Part shown: positions 23,982-39,096 of the stretch, piece after piece | Layout of the letters: the number at the start of each line of letters is the position of its first letter | Numbering within the stretch: position 1 is the first letter of the stretch | Assembly (NCBI GenBank): GCA_050613775.1 | Contig: JBODTK010000015.1 | Location: 496,001-560,000, forward strand | Direction: 5' to 3' | Source: Neocallimastix sp. 'constans' | Lineage: Eukaryota | Length of the DNA: 64,000 nt | Made by a program: the position numbers and the translations under genes | The notes under the pieces: model-generated | Database searches by the model: none | What the model saw: only the letters and a program-made list of their open reading frames with translations | What the model was told of the DNA's origin: nothing

Positions 23982-26900
23982 ATGGAAACTAACAAATCAA
24001 GAAATTCAGGAAAATTTGAAGAATCATCAACTTCACAAAACAATAATTATGAAAGTGAAGAACAAGAAATTCAAGATTATGAAAATGATGATTTCAATTT
24101 TTTGAAAGACTTTGAAGAAAATGTAAACAAACAAAATAATATTTCAAAGTCAAGAAGAAAACATATTGAAGAAAATTTGAATGACTTAGAAGAAAATATC
24201 AACAAACAATCCTCAATCTTAGATAGAAACACAAAGAATTCTATTAAAAGATTAAACAGAGCCAACGAAAAACTCATGAGAAGAAAAAAGTCAGATATGA
24301 CAAATAAATCGGTTTTTAATTATCAAAATTTTAAATTAACTCCAGAAAACTTTCCAAGATGGTATAGAGCTCTTAAACGTCACTTAACAGCATTAGATCT
24401 TATTGACTGCATCAAAAAGACCTAGATATTACAGAAATGGATGATGATGAACTCAAGGAAGACTGTGCAACTCAAACCATCATCGAAAGCAGCTTAGATT
24501 CAACTACCGCCGAACTTATTGAAGGATGTGAAACCGCCTATGAAATGATTATAAGATTAGAAAGTTACTTTTTGCAGGTTGGACCTTCAAAATTATATCA
24601 AATTGAATACCAAATCAAGAAACTAGAGGTCGAAAATGACGATATAAAACTCTATATAGACAAATTAAATTACTTGTTTCAACTTCACGATAAGGAATCA
24701 AAAAGATGTGAAAAAACAAAATTAGACGAAGAAACTAAAATTTTACTTTCAGCTGAAGAAATTGTTAAATTTGGAGTTCCTCCAGTACTTTCAGTCGAAT
24801 TTAAAACCTTTGAAGAATTAAAAGAACGGATAGCCTTGACTAGTGTTTTTATTAAAAAATACAAAGACATAATGAAAAAATTGACTATAGCAACGAAACT
24901 ACAACAAGAGCTTTCGGTTAATAGAGTTAGAAATGGTAAATTACCATATAAATTTAAAAATGACTCTGATAAAGATAAAGAAAAAGAAAAATATTGTCAC
25001 ATTTGCCATAAACACGGACAAACTACTGATGAATGTTTTTTAAATCCAAGAAGAAAAGATAGAAGAAATAATAAAATCCTTCAAATGAAAACATCAGACA
25101 CCAAGAAAGAAGCAGTATATCAAGAAACAATTCAAAAAACAAAAATTATCGTTCCAATAATATAGAAGGAATTAAAAATACTACTGATTTAGAAGATTCT
25201 AATGAACTTAGCGAAGATGAAATTTTCACTGGATTTTCAGGAAAAATTAATGTCAACGCTATTTCCAACAATGAACCCATAATTAATCAAAAGAAAGAAC
25301 CAACAAGATGGATTATTGACAGCGGTACATCATTAAATTTAACAAAAGAAGAAAAGGACCTAGATAACACCAAAACTGTCAATAACAAATTTATCACCTA
25401 TCCTGACGGAAAATCTGACAAAATTGTAAAAGTAGGGACATATAATGGTGCTATTAAAAATTTCGATTTCAAACTCTCAAAAGTCCACTACACACCAAAC
25501 ATCAAAAATAACTTAATTTCAAAACATGATCTTGTCAGAAATAATTTTACCATTATTATCGATTTTGATGAATATTTAAATAAGGATAGACTTCAATTAT
25601 TCAAAACAATAAACCAGTTGCGAAAAGTTATGCCGACAAAGAAAATCTCATCTCATTATACACTACTCCCTTTAAAATGTATAAATCATTAAATATTGAT
25701 ATTAGCAATTTCGATTATGATCTTTGGCATGCACGATTAGGTCACTTCAACAATAATAAAGATATTGAAAAATTTATTTTAAACCACACTTGTATTCACA
25801 ACAAAAAGGACTGCACTCAATGTAAAATCAGCAAAATGAGAAGAAAACCATTTTATGCAATTGAAAACAGTACCACACAACCACTACAACTTGTACACTC
25901 CGATGTAGTTGGTAAACTAAAAACATCCTATAACGATTTCAATTACTACGTAACTTTTATGGATGACTATAGTAGAAAATGCTGGATTTACCTTTTAAAA
26001 AATAAATCTGATGTTTATAACGCATTTATTAAATTTCACAAATTAATGAATAATACTACTGAATTTACAATTAATACTTTAAAAACCGACAATGGAAACG
26101 AATACACAAATGAAAATTTCAGCAAGTTCCTTTCCGAAAATGGTATAAAATTAATTCATTCAACTCCTGGCTACCCACAACAAAATGGTCGTTCAGAACG
26201 AATTAATCAAACTCTTAATTATTGTGCAACCACTCTACTTAATTTTGCCAAATTACCTCTTAATTTTTGGGATTCTGCTATTCTATGTGCATGTCGTTTA
26301 TATAACCTTAATCCTCATCAAGGTAATAATTCAAAAATCCCAGATGAAGTTTTCTTCAACAAACCTATTGATATTTCACACCTACGTGTTTTTGGTTGCA
26401 GAGTATATTTCTATAATAATCATAAAAAGAATAAATTTGAAAACAATTCTAAACCTGGAACTTTTCTTGGTTATGCTTCGGACTCTACTGGTTACCGTAT
26501 TTTAGATTTATCTTCTAACTATATTGTATTAGCTAGAGACGTTTATTTCTTGGAAAATATTCCTGGAACTATTAATACTACCTTTCTATCAGAAGAATAT
26601 ATTAATTCTATTTTTCATTCGAATAATTCAATTGAGGGGGAAAAAGGAAGTTATGATCAATTAAATAATTCAAATAATTCAAATAATAACAACCAAGAAA
26701 TTATTAATGACAATAATAAAATTATATTAAACAATAACAACAATAACATTAATAACAATATTAATAATAACATGAATTTGAATAAAAAACATGAAAACTT
26801 AAACACAAATCAAAACTCTGATATATTAATTGATAAAAGTTCAAACAACAATTTAAATAATTTTAATAATAATGATATGGTTATAAATATTCAAGATAAT

Positions 26901-28513
26901 AACAAAAATAATTTAGAAAACAAAGAAATGGAAAATACTGATACTCATAAAAATAACAACAAAAGAAAATTCATTGATTTAAATGAAAAAGAAAATACAA
27001 ATGATAATGAACAATTAACAATAAAGAAAAACAAAGTATTATTAATTAAAACAGTTAATCCCAAGAGTTATGATGAAGCAATAAATTCTAACGATTCAAA
27101 TAAATGGAAAGATGCAATTAAAAAAGAAATCAATAATATGTATGAACATAAAGTAATGAGAATAATTAATAATATTCCTAAAGATACTACTTTAATTGAT
27201 ACTAGATGGGTATTTACTACTAAAGATAATAGTGTTAAAAGAGCAAGATTAGTTGCTCGTGGATTCAAACAGAGAAAAGGTGTTAACTATACATCAACAT
27301 ATTCACCAACAATTGAAGCAGATAGTTTAAGAATTACAATTGCCATTGCATCACAATACAAATGGAACTTAAGACAAATGGATATAAAGGCAATTTAAAT
27401 GCCAAATTAGAAGAATATACATGGACATACCAGAAGGAGATAAAAATTATAATTCTGGAAAATATTGGATATTAAATAAGGCTCTATATGGTTTGAAACA
27501 AGCCGGAAGACAATGGTATAAAGAAATATCAAGTTATTTAAAAAATATTGGTTTAAAACAATTGAGTATTGATCAATGTTTATTTACAAAATATCACAAT
27601 GGAAATTTATGTGCTATATTATGTCTTTATGTTGATGATATCTTACTTACTGGAGAAGATAAAGAAATTAAATTTATAAGCAGTAAATTAAAAGAAAAAT
27701 ATAAAATTTCAAAAGACACTGAAGCTAACAAAATTATAGGAATAAATATTTTTAAAACTGAAGAAAGATATAAAACTAATCAACAAGACTACATTGAAAA
27801 ATTAATTAAGAATTACAAGATGAATAAGACAAAACCAATTAACAATCCATGTAGAAAAATTACTTTAAAAGAAAGAGAAAATTCAGCACCAGCAAACGTA
27901 ACAGATTATAAATCTATTATTAGTGCTTTAATATTTGTTTCAACAAAAACAAGACCAGATATCTTATTTGCAGTTAATCAAGCTGCAAGACACGCCGAAA
28001 ACCCAACAGAAGTTGATCTAAAATCAGCATTGATGATCTTAAGATATTTAAAATCTACTAAAGAAAAATCTATTTATTACTATGGAAGTAAAAATTTAAT
28101 TGCCTACTCAGACGCTGATTTCGCTGGCGATGAAGAAACAAGAAAATCTACCAGTGGATACAATTTCATGGAAATCTGAAACTCAGAAGAGCATCACATT
28201 ATCAACCACTGAAGCAGAATATGTTGCATTAACTGAATGCGCAAAACAAGGAATGAAATTAAAGAAATTACTAAAAGAAATATTCAATAAAGAAATTAAT
28301 TTAAAAATTAAAGTTGATAATAAATCTTGTAAAAATATCGCTGAAAATGAAAATTCAAAAGGTAGATGTAAACATATGGACATTGATTACAAATACATTC
28401 AAGAAAAAATAAACAGAAAAGAAATGAATTTAGAACATATATCCTCCGATACTATGTTAGCTGATCCTTTAACTAAAGTGATATCTGGACCAAAAATGAA
28501 ATGTTTTACTGAT
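23982..28513 (+). pseudogene. Copia-C gag-pol, multiple frameshifts
   Basis: CHICHKHGQTTDEC knuckle; WIIDSG protease; LWHARLGH, VHSDV and PQQNGRSER integrase; LYVDDILL RT; YSDADFAG and ADPLTK RNase H; interrupted at 28514 by unrelated sequence starting TGTAATG. Confidence 0.93.
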
Positions 28514-29049
28514 TGTAATGCGCTGGTCACTTATAGCAATAGGCAACACTGGAAAATTAATAATAAGTTAAAATGTTTTTTTAAAAAATTTTGTTTTATT
28601 AATTTATTAAAATAAAATTTATTAAAGTAATTATTTATTAATTAATTAACTAATTTTGTAATATATCAAATTACTTATTATTAATTGATTAATTAATAAA
28701 AGCACGAATTAAAAATATTTCTTTTGTGAAAATTTAACTCATATTTATACTTTTTACGGAAAAACAGTTTGTATGATTTTCAAAAATTTTAGAATCTTAG
28801 AAAAATCGTTTAAAACTGATTTTCTCTGTTAATTTAGAAACTAATGGAAGAAAGGATAAAATAAAATAAAAAATTCAATTTAATTATTAAGAATTTCTAT
28901 GAAATTCTTAAAGAAAATACAGAAAGAATTAACTAGAACAATGAAAATAAAATTTTCAAAAAGTAAGTTTAAGTGTGAATCAAACTTGAGTAGTTCTATT
29001 CATGACTATAGCTCTAACAAATATACCAAGATTTCCTTTTACAAATTGT

Positions 29050-30032
29050 TGATAAATAATAAAATTATTAAATTAAAATAAATAATAAAGAACAAATTCT
29101 TGTTAAAGTTTTCTAGCTTAATCCAAAAATTAATCCATTCTAAAAAAAATTAAATCCATATTAAAGAAAATTTAATTAAATAAAAATAATTAAAATAAAA
29201 TAATAATAAATTAATTAATCATTAGTAATTTTAATTAAAAAATAAAATAAATTAATAAATAATATTTTTCTAAAACTACAAATAAACAAAATAATAAACA
29301 AATTTAATAAATTATAAATAACAAATAAACAAACTTATAAACATCTCAAAATTAAAATTAACTAGTTAAATAATTTTTAAGTTACTTTTATTTAAAATAA
29401 TGATTACTTTATTTATTTTATAACTCAACTTTTATAAACAAATTGTAATTAAAATAACATTTTAAAACTCATCTTTATTAATATTTTAATTGTAAATATT
29501 GTTTAATTTAATAATAAATTATTCTTTATTTCTCTTTTATTAATTTTATTATTTTTAATGTAAATAGTTTAAAATCAAAGAAAAATATAAAAACATGTAA
29601 ATATTTCTTATAAATTATTCTTTATTATTAATTATTTAATAAATTATTATAGATATTTTATTAGTTTTTAATAATCAATTTTTCATGATTATTAATTATT
29701 TTGATAAATTATTATATATTTTATTAGTTATTAATAATCAATTTTATTATTAAAATTTAAAATAAATTAGTATAAATAATAAATATTTCATTTTATTATT
29801 TTATTAGTTTTAACAATTATTTTATTAATTTAAACAAAATTAATTATTAAATAAATAAAGATTAATATTAAAATAAAAATAAATTTTTTTAATAAAACAT
29901 TTTTGTATTTAATAATAAAACATATTTATTTTTTTTTTCAAATTTCTTAAATCAATTTTATTCAGTATTTATCCTTTTATTCACTTCTACAAAATTTAAT
30001 TTTTGTAGATTAAGAATATTAGGTATAAATCA
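29050..30032. repeat. LTR-like direct repeat, copy 1 (about 980 bp), flanked by TTGT on both sides
   Basis: TGATAAAT..TAAATCA termini; highly similar to 32084-33118; inverted homologue of 9279-10917. Confidence 0.85.
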
Positions 30033-32083
30033 TTGTTTGTGTATGAAATCATAATTATTCAATAATGAATAATTAATATTTCTTATAATGTTAAGATAAT
30101 AACTGAATTTCAATTCAATTTCAATTTCGATAATTCAGTTATTTGAATTTCAATATTAATAAATAATAATAATATAATAATTATTATTAAATTAACTTTA
30201 TTAAAATATTTAGGAATTAGTCTAGGCCAACTAATTACTAAATATTATTAACATATTGAAATTAATATATATTAAATAATATAAACACGTGATTGTCATT
30301 AAACTAATTTCTACATAATATATTTTAATTATAAAATATAATATTTAGCTATATTAGATTCTTATATTTTATTTATATTAAATATTTATATTATTATCTT
30401 ATTTTATATTATCAATATCAAACTTTTATTAATGCTATTGCATATTCATATTAATAATTAATATTTTAATAATTAATTATTTTATATAAATACATGTTTA
30501 AATCTTTTGATTAATCCTTTGTAGGATTATTGTAATTTAAATTATAGTAATAATTATATAAAATACTAATGTAATAAAATATTATTAAGATTAAATAAAA
30601 TTTATATTTTAAATAAAAAACTTATTCATAAAATTTACTAATAACAATATGTTTTAAATAAGTGTAAATTTAAGTTATATATTAATAAATTACTATAATT
30701 TGGCATCTTGACCTAATCGTTAAGACCAAATTATTACAAAACTTTGACATATAATTAATGAAAAATAATTAATAATTTATAATTATTTATAAAATAATAA
30801 TTGTTTTTAAAAAATAATTATTTAAATAATAATTAATATATTCATTGATTTTAACTTATAAATTTATTTAATAGTTATATTTTCATATATTGATCTAAAT
30901 TTATTTACATATTATAATTTATACATTTATATAAATAATATAAAATTTATTTACATATTATTATTATTATTAATATTAATATTAAATTATTAATTATTAT
31001 TATTTAACAAAACTTATGGATAATCTGATAGTATACCCTGTCTGACGTGCAGTTTGCCTCTTCACGACGTACCACGGCTACTGTATTCAATATAAAATAC
31101 AGCAGTCCAGAGCCTACTAGCCCAATTACTATGTAGGTTAAACTTAGCCCGGAAATCTATATCCAAGTATTTGTTAAATAATTTAATTAATAAATAATAT
31201 TAAATTTTATTTTTCTAATATTCCCCGATATCTCCATCATAAATTATGCTATGGTTCGGGTTTTATTAGAATTTTTATTTAATTATTTATTTTTAATATT
31301 TTTCTGTCTACATTTTAATTATTGAAAAACTTCACTTATTTATACTTTTTGAAAAAAAAATAAATAAGTAAAGCCTTTCTACATTTTATTATCATATTTA
31401 AAAAAAATAATTTACTATTACTAATTACTTTAAATTTTATATTAATTTAAATAAACTAATTCATAAGTATTTTTATTTTAATAAATTTTGTTTATATAAT
31501 TTTATATTATTTTTCATATACTAAAACTAAATTATTTAATATAGGCAAAGAAACAAACAAAATTTAAAAAGATTTTACAGAAAAATAAAGTTATTTTAAT
31601 CAAGAATGTTAATATAATATTCTGATATTTTATATAAAATAAATTTAAAAACTATAATATATTTAATATTTATTATTAATCAATTAATATTTGATTTTAT
31701 TTGTGGGGAATAAAAATAATCAATTTAAAAATAAAATAAAATACTATAAAGAATACAAGTTTAATATTGATACAATATAATAATAATATAATAATATATT
31801 TGAATAAAAATAAAATATTAATATTGATAATAAACACTTTAATAAAATAATAAAATTTAAGGCTAAATTATAGATATTGATATTAATAATAAAAATATAG
31901 AATTATTGATAATATATAAGAAACTTTTAATAAAAATATAAAAAAAAAATATATATATATTTATAAAATAATTTAATATAGAAAATATAGTAAAGTAAAA
32001 TTAAGTAAAGAACAATATAATGAATTCTAAAATAAGTTGAAATTCTAATTAATAATCCATTATATGTTCGTTCTTTACCATGT

Positions 32084-33118
32084 TGATAAATAACAAAATT
32101 ATTAAATTAAAATAAATAATAAAGAACAAATTCTTGTCTAACTTAACCCAAAAATTAATCCATTCTAAAAAAAATTAAATCCATATTTAAGAAAATTTAA
32201 TTAAATAAAAATAATTAAAATAAAATAATAATAAATTAATTAATCATTAATAATTTTAATTAAAAACTAAAATAAATTAATAAATAATATTTTTTTAAAA
32301 CTACAAATAAACAAAATAATAAACAAATTTAATAAATTATAAATAACAAATAAACAAACTTATAAACATCTCAAAATTAAAATTAAATAGTTAAATAATT
32401 TTTAAGTTACTCTTATTTAAAATAATGATTATTTTATTTATTTTATAACTCAACTTTTATAAACAAATTGTAATTAAAATAACATTTTAAAACTCATCTT
32501 TATTAACATTTTAATTGTAAATATTGTTTAATTTAATAATAAATTATTCTTTATTTCTCTTTTATTAATTTTATTATTTTTAATGTAAATAGTTTAAAAT
32601 CAAAGAAAAATATAAAAACATGTAAATATTTCTTATAAATTATTCTTTATTATTAATTATTTAATAAATTATTATAGATATTTTATTAGTTCTAATAATC
32701 AAAAAGTATGATTATTAATTATTTAATAAAATTATTATAGATTTTTTATTAGTTTCAATAATCAAAAAGTATGATTATTAATTATTTAATAAATTATTAT
32801 ATATATTTTATTAGTTATTAATAATCAATTTTATTATTAAAATTTAAAATAAATTAGTATAAATAATAAATATTTCATTTTATTATTTTATTAGTTTTAA
32901 CAATTATTTTATTAATTTAAACAAAATTAATTATTAAATAAATAAAGATTAATATTAAAATAAAAATAAATTTTTTTTTTATAAAACATTTTTGTGTTTA
33001 ATAATAAAACATATTTATTTTTTTTAAATTTCTTAAATCTATTTTATTCAGTATTTATCCTCGTATTCACTTCTACAAAATTTAATTTTTGTAGATTAAG
33101 AATATCAGGTATAAATCA
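32084..33118. repeat. LTR-like direct repeat, copy 2 (about 1035 bp)
   Basis: Same termini as copy 1; preceded by TTCTTTACCA (decayed minus-strand PBS TGGTAAAGAAC) and followed by TTGT. Confidence 0.85.
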
Positions 33119-35439
33119 TTGTAACAGATACATGGTAACTTCAAGCTTATCCAATGATAGTTCTTTGGTTACGTAACGTATCTCTAAACAGCTAGCAATT
33201 TCGGCTAATCAAATAAAATCTTTTGTTAATTTCGTGCATTAAATTTTATTATTTTATAATTAATTATATAGTTAAATACTTAGTTAAATATATTTTATTT
33301 AGTGATTAGTAAACTAAGTTAAATTGAATTTTTTACCAATCATAATATTATTGACATGTATAAATAATAATTGAACTTGTAACTGTAATGCACTAGCGTT
33401 ACTATTAACGTAAATTGTTGTTATAAATATTAATATTAATAAATAAAATATAATTATTAAATAAAAATATATTACTCAGTGTAAGCCCAGTAACTGATAA
33501 CGAATAGAGTTATAAAGTGCTGCGCTATATTCTAGTGTAATAGAAAATAATAATTATAAAATTTAATTAATTTAGTGTTTATTATTAACAACTCGAATAG
33601 AGAGGTGTTAAGTTATCTTAGCCTTTAAATTTAATTGTTATTCGTTATTTTAGTTAATAATAAACTTACCTTTTACACAAATTTTTGGTAAAGAATGAAT
33701 TAATAACCTTTATTTTATTATTAATAATTCTTTACTAAATTGTACTTTCCTATATTCTTGATAACCTAAACTTAATAATAAAATTTAATTTATTTTGATA
33801 TAAATTAATTTTAACTTGTAAATAATGTAAATCAATTTTAATTAATTACTTTATTGTTATATTATTAAATATATGTATATATTAAAATACAATTGTAAAC
33901 ATTAAAATTATACTTTTAAGATACTAAATTATTAAAACTATTAATTAAATATTATTATAAAAATTATTATAAAATTATTAAAATTATTAATTAATTATTA
34001 TTATAAAAATTATAAACTATTAATATTAAAAAATTATTAAAATTATTATAAAAATTTATTTATTATAACTATTAAATATTATTATAAAATTATTAAGATT
34101 ATTAACTAAATTTATTATTAAAAATTAAAAATTATTAATTATTATAAAAATTTATTATTTAAATATTATCAAATTTATTAATTAAATATTATAAAAATTT
34201 TATTTTATTTTGAAAATAATTACAAGTATTATTTAAAATAATTAAAGATTATTAAATTTATTATATTAATATTTAAAAACAATTTATTTAACTTAAAAAT
34301 ATCAAAGAAAATAGTAAAAACTATTTTCTATATATTTATTTTATAATGATTTTTAATTAAATTATATTTGAATATTATATTATTATATTTATAAAAATTA
34401 AAACAAAAATGAATTATTGATATAAAATTAATTCAATAATTCTATAAAATTACTTAAATTATAAACAAATAATTATACTTTAAATTCATAAAAAAATATA
34501 AATATTGTAAATATTTCTTAAAAATTAAATATTTGTACTTTAAAAAAAAATAAATTTTAATATTAATAAATAATAAATAAATTTTAATAAAAAGAAAATT
34601 TTTTTTATTTAAAATTAAAGCAGGGTAATACCCGTCCCCCTGCTTGATTTTAATTCTATACGTGTCAACCCAGAGTCTACCATTTTTGTGTAATAATTCT
34701 ATTAAGAACTTACTCAAAATAGAATTATTGACTACAACTTAACGACTAATTCATTAAGTTGAGAAAATAAAATAAAATAAATTTTTTACCTATAGAGTTT
34801 ATTATAAAATTAATTATAATAATAACATGAGAAGTAAAAGAAGAATTATTTGTATAAATTTGATTTTAAAATATGTTTTTTGAATAAAATATTTTATTAA
34901 TTTATTAAAATTAAAAATATAAAATTGTTACTAATATAACTATGTTTTTATAATAATAACTCTTGATTTCTCAAAGAGAACTCAAGAGCCTTATTTATAT
35001 TTTTTTATGAAAATAAGGTTAAATAAGAAAGGGTTTTCTAATCTTAAAAAATCTCTTATCTAGGAAAAGATTAGATAGAAAAACCTAGATAAGTTTTCGA
35101 TCGATATTCTATCCATATCGATCATCGCATTAATTAAGTAAAACAGATTACTTCTAAAAAGTAATTGGAAAAAATCTTAATTAACCGATTTTCCAATCTA
35201 ATCTAATGATCGAGAATAAAAGAATAAAATAATAAAAGATATTTCGATCATATAATTTATCCTTATATTAAAAATATAAAATTAAATAGTTAATAAAATA
35301 CAGAATACATTATAAAATACAGAATACAATACAAAATACATTAGTTACAGTAGAGAATTTAGCATATTGTAAATATATTAATTAAAATTAATTAAATAAA
35401 TTTTGTTAAATTAATGAATATTTAAAATTAAATTAAATC

Positions 35440-36659
35440 AATTTAATAAATATTATATGTAATTAAATTCTGATAGTAATTGAAAAAAAGTTGGTTTTTT
35501 TGCAAATAATTTTTTTAAGTATTTATTAAAAGTTTCTGAAACATTATTTGTAATATGCTCAATATTATCATAATAGTTCCAATTTTCAGTTTCAAAGTTA
35601 ATTAAATAAGTTTTTTTAAAATATTCTAAAAATTCTAAAAATTGAACATAATTATGTTCTTGGCACTCACTTTTTGTTTTACTATATATATCATATATAT
35701 ATTCAAGATTAATGAAAGGAAAGTTCGAAATATTATTATAATAAATATATAAATCTTTTATTTTTTCTACTTTATTACCACATAATTCTTTTTTTTTAAT
35801 TTCTAATGCTCTTTTAAAATGCCATATACAGTATTTAATATTTGTATTAATAAAAACTTTTTGTGCAGCATTATATACAGCTTTTTCAAAATCGCAATGA
35901 AATATTTTTGGTGTAATTTCAATACTATTATATTTACTAGAATTTTTTTTATTTCTTCAAATAATATTTCATAAGTTGTTTGCTTTTTATTTTTTAATAT
36001 AGAAAAGGAAGTAGTGTAAAAACAATTTAATTCTGTAACATAGGTTCTAGTTATGAATACTTGATAACTAAATATAGGTGCAATATAAAATGTGCCATCC
36101 GCAAAAATATGTTTATTTTTAGAAAATAACTCTGCTTGGAATGGAGATTGAAAAACAATTAAAATTATTTTTGTCATAAAATTTTCATCCCTTTTTGTTT
36201 TATAATATTTTGATTCATTGGGAATTTCATCAAATGTTGTTATATCAGGAGGTAGTTGTTTTCTTCTACTTCTTGTTACTTGGGATTTAATTGAATTATA
36301 TCCTGGACATATATAAGACCCATACCTTGAGAAATTTCATCATATGTAAGTTTTATATTTACATTAAAAGGAATTGAACTTTTTGAAATTTCATCTTTAA
36401 TTTTATATTTTACAATTGATTTAGCTGCTCTAAATTTATTTTCAAGATGATGTGAGTCATCATATTCTAAGATTTGATTCTCATTATTTAAAATAATGAA
36501 AGATGGACATTGATTTAATGTTTTATATTCTGTATATTTATATTTTTTTGAATTGTCTTTCCTTTTGGATGAGAGATTAAACTTATATTTTCTGTTTAAA
36601 ATAATTTGTTCTTTTCCTCTATTAGTTTTGCTTATTTCAATTTCTAGATTTTTCTCCAT
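35440..36659 (-). pseudogene. Mutator (MULE) transposase with FLYWCH-like N-terminus, frameshifted
   Basis: SKTNRGKEQIILNRKYKF (FLYWCH-like), FADGTFYIAP..QVF, HCDFEKA, WHFKRAL and HITNNVSETFN, matching the Mutator DDE motif series. Confidence 0.85.
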
Positions 36660-37407
36660 TTTTTTTTTTAATAAAAGTTTCTAATTAAATATTCTAATGA
36701 TTAATTTTAATAATATATATTTTTAATTATATATACTTTTAATGAAGATTAATTATCCAAATCTTATTTTTTAATTCTTCTATATTATAAATAATTCCTT
36801 TTTTTAGTGTAACTGGATAAATATAAAATATTGATAAGTTTATTATATTTTTTATTATATAAAGTATAAAAATTTTTATATTATAATTTTATATTTATTT
36901 TTATATTTAATAACTATTATAATTTTCATCGTTATTATAAAAATATTATTATTGATGTTTCTGTAATTATTGCTACAGTTTATATTATTTATTTATTATT
37001 TATTATATATTATTTATTATTAATTTGTAAAATTCTATAAGAAAAACTTTTTACATTTTTCTTAAGTAGGTAAATATTATTTTTATTAATTCATTTATAT
37101 ATATATTTATAAATAATAATATTATTATTTATATTTTAATCGTCATTATTATTATTAATGACAATCCTTTTATAATTATAGCAATAGTGTTTATATTATT
37201 ACTTTTTTTATTAATTATATTACTATATTGTTTATTTTATTATTATTATTTTTTTTTATTTATTATTATTTAAACAGATATTTGTAAAGCTATTTATATA
37301 TGAAAAAAAAATTTTTAATATTTAAATATTTACTTCAAAAATATAAATACATCAATATTAAAAATATTTAATTTATTTATTTATTTATTTATTTAATAAT
37401 TCTCAAT

Positions 37408-37506
37408 TTGGCGAAATGCAACTTGGCGAAATGCCACATTTTTTTAATACGCCACATGCTTTCAAAAAAAATGGCGAAATGCAACCTGGCGAAATGCCCC
37501 ACACCC
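37408..37506 (-). repeat. Mutator terminal region with four TGGCGAAATGC subterminal repeats, abutting the Copia-C 3' LTR
   Basis: Terminus GGGTGTGGGGCATTTCGCC resembles the ends of the 55848-57199 element and lies upstream of the transposase. The opposite end was not found. Confidence 0.75.
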
Positions 37507-37600
37507 AGTTATTAAATAGTTATTATAAATCTTATTTATTATATTTTGTTAAACTGTAATATTCTTTATTAAGTAATATTCCTATAATTAAATATAAATA

Positions 37601-39051
37601 TGATATGAAATAGGAATTTATCTTGTTTCCCATTTCATAACTATTATGATTTTTATACTTGTCCATAACAAGTCTTTATATATTTAAATAATAACACTTA
37701 AATAAAAATATTTAATTCATTTTTAAATAAAATATTGTTTTATTAATATTCTAATATTTATAGGTAATTAGTAAACCTTTAATACAATTCTTTTATAACA
37801 TAATTCTAATAATCAAAATATAAAATTAATCAATATTAATTCTAATAATCAAAATATAAAATTAATCAATATTAATTCTAATAATCAAAATATAAAATTA
37901 ATCAATATTAATTCTAATAATCAAAATATAAAATTAATCAATATTAATTCTAATAATCAAAATATAAAATTAATCAATATTAATTCTAATAATCAAAATA
38001 TAAAATTAATCAATATTAATTCTAATAATCAAAATATAAAATTAATCAATATTAATTCTAATAATCAAAATATAAAATTAATCAATATTAATTCTAATAA
38101 TCAAAATATAAAATTAATCAATATTAATTCTAATAATCAAAATATAAAATTAATCAATATTAATTCTAATAATCAAAATATAAAATTAATCAATATTAAT
38201 TCTAATAATCAAAATATAAAATTAATCAATATTAATTCTAATAATCAAAATATAAAATTAATCAATATTAATTCTAATAATCAAAATATAAAATTAATCA
38301 ATATTAATTCTAATAATCAAAATATAAAATTAATCAATATTAATTCTAATAATCAAAATATAAAATTAATCAATATTAATTCTAATAATCAAAATATAAA
38401 ATTAATCAATATTAATTCTAATAATCAAAATATAAAATTAATCAATATTAATTCTAATAATCAAAATATAAAATTAATCAATATTAATTCTAATAATCAA
38501 AATATAAAATTAATCAATATTAATTCTAATAATCAAAATATAAAATTAATCAATATTAATTCTAATAATCAAAATATAAAATTAATCAATATTAATTCTA
38601 ATAATCAAAATATAAAATTAATCAATATTAATTCTAATAATCAAAATATAAAATTAATCAATATTCTAATTTTATTTAAAATATTATATACTAATTTTAC
38701 TGGATAATTAGGAACATTTATTAAAATATTATTTCTAATAACTATTTATACTAATTCTTCATTTTAAAGTTATGTTTATAAACAATTATTTATAAAATTA
38801 TTTAACTATTTAATATTTATAATATATTTATTTCTTATTTTTCTTAACTTTATTTATATTAATTATTAATTAAATATTTCGTTTCTTATCAATATCTCCA
38901 CCCTTTAAGACATAACTTCGTCCCTGAAGTTATTAAAAGAAAAAAAATTATTAAATAAGAACGAAATATTCTTGATTTCAGGTTCATATCTAGTTGTTAT
39001 TCACAATTTCAGTAGCAATGTTCAGAATTGTTTATACGAAGGTTTTCTTTT

Positions 39052-39096
<45 letters not shown>

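Noticed and set aside
33378..35349. A defined 2-kb solo LTR (TGTAACT..AGTTACA)
   Set aside because: The termini are inverted-repeat-like, but there is no TSD and no second copy in the window; left inside the unresolved block.
37801..38664. 36-bp repeat array as a CRISPR
   Set aside because: Units are head-to-tail with no spacers, there are no cas genes, and it lies inside a eukaryotic LTR.
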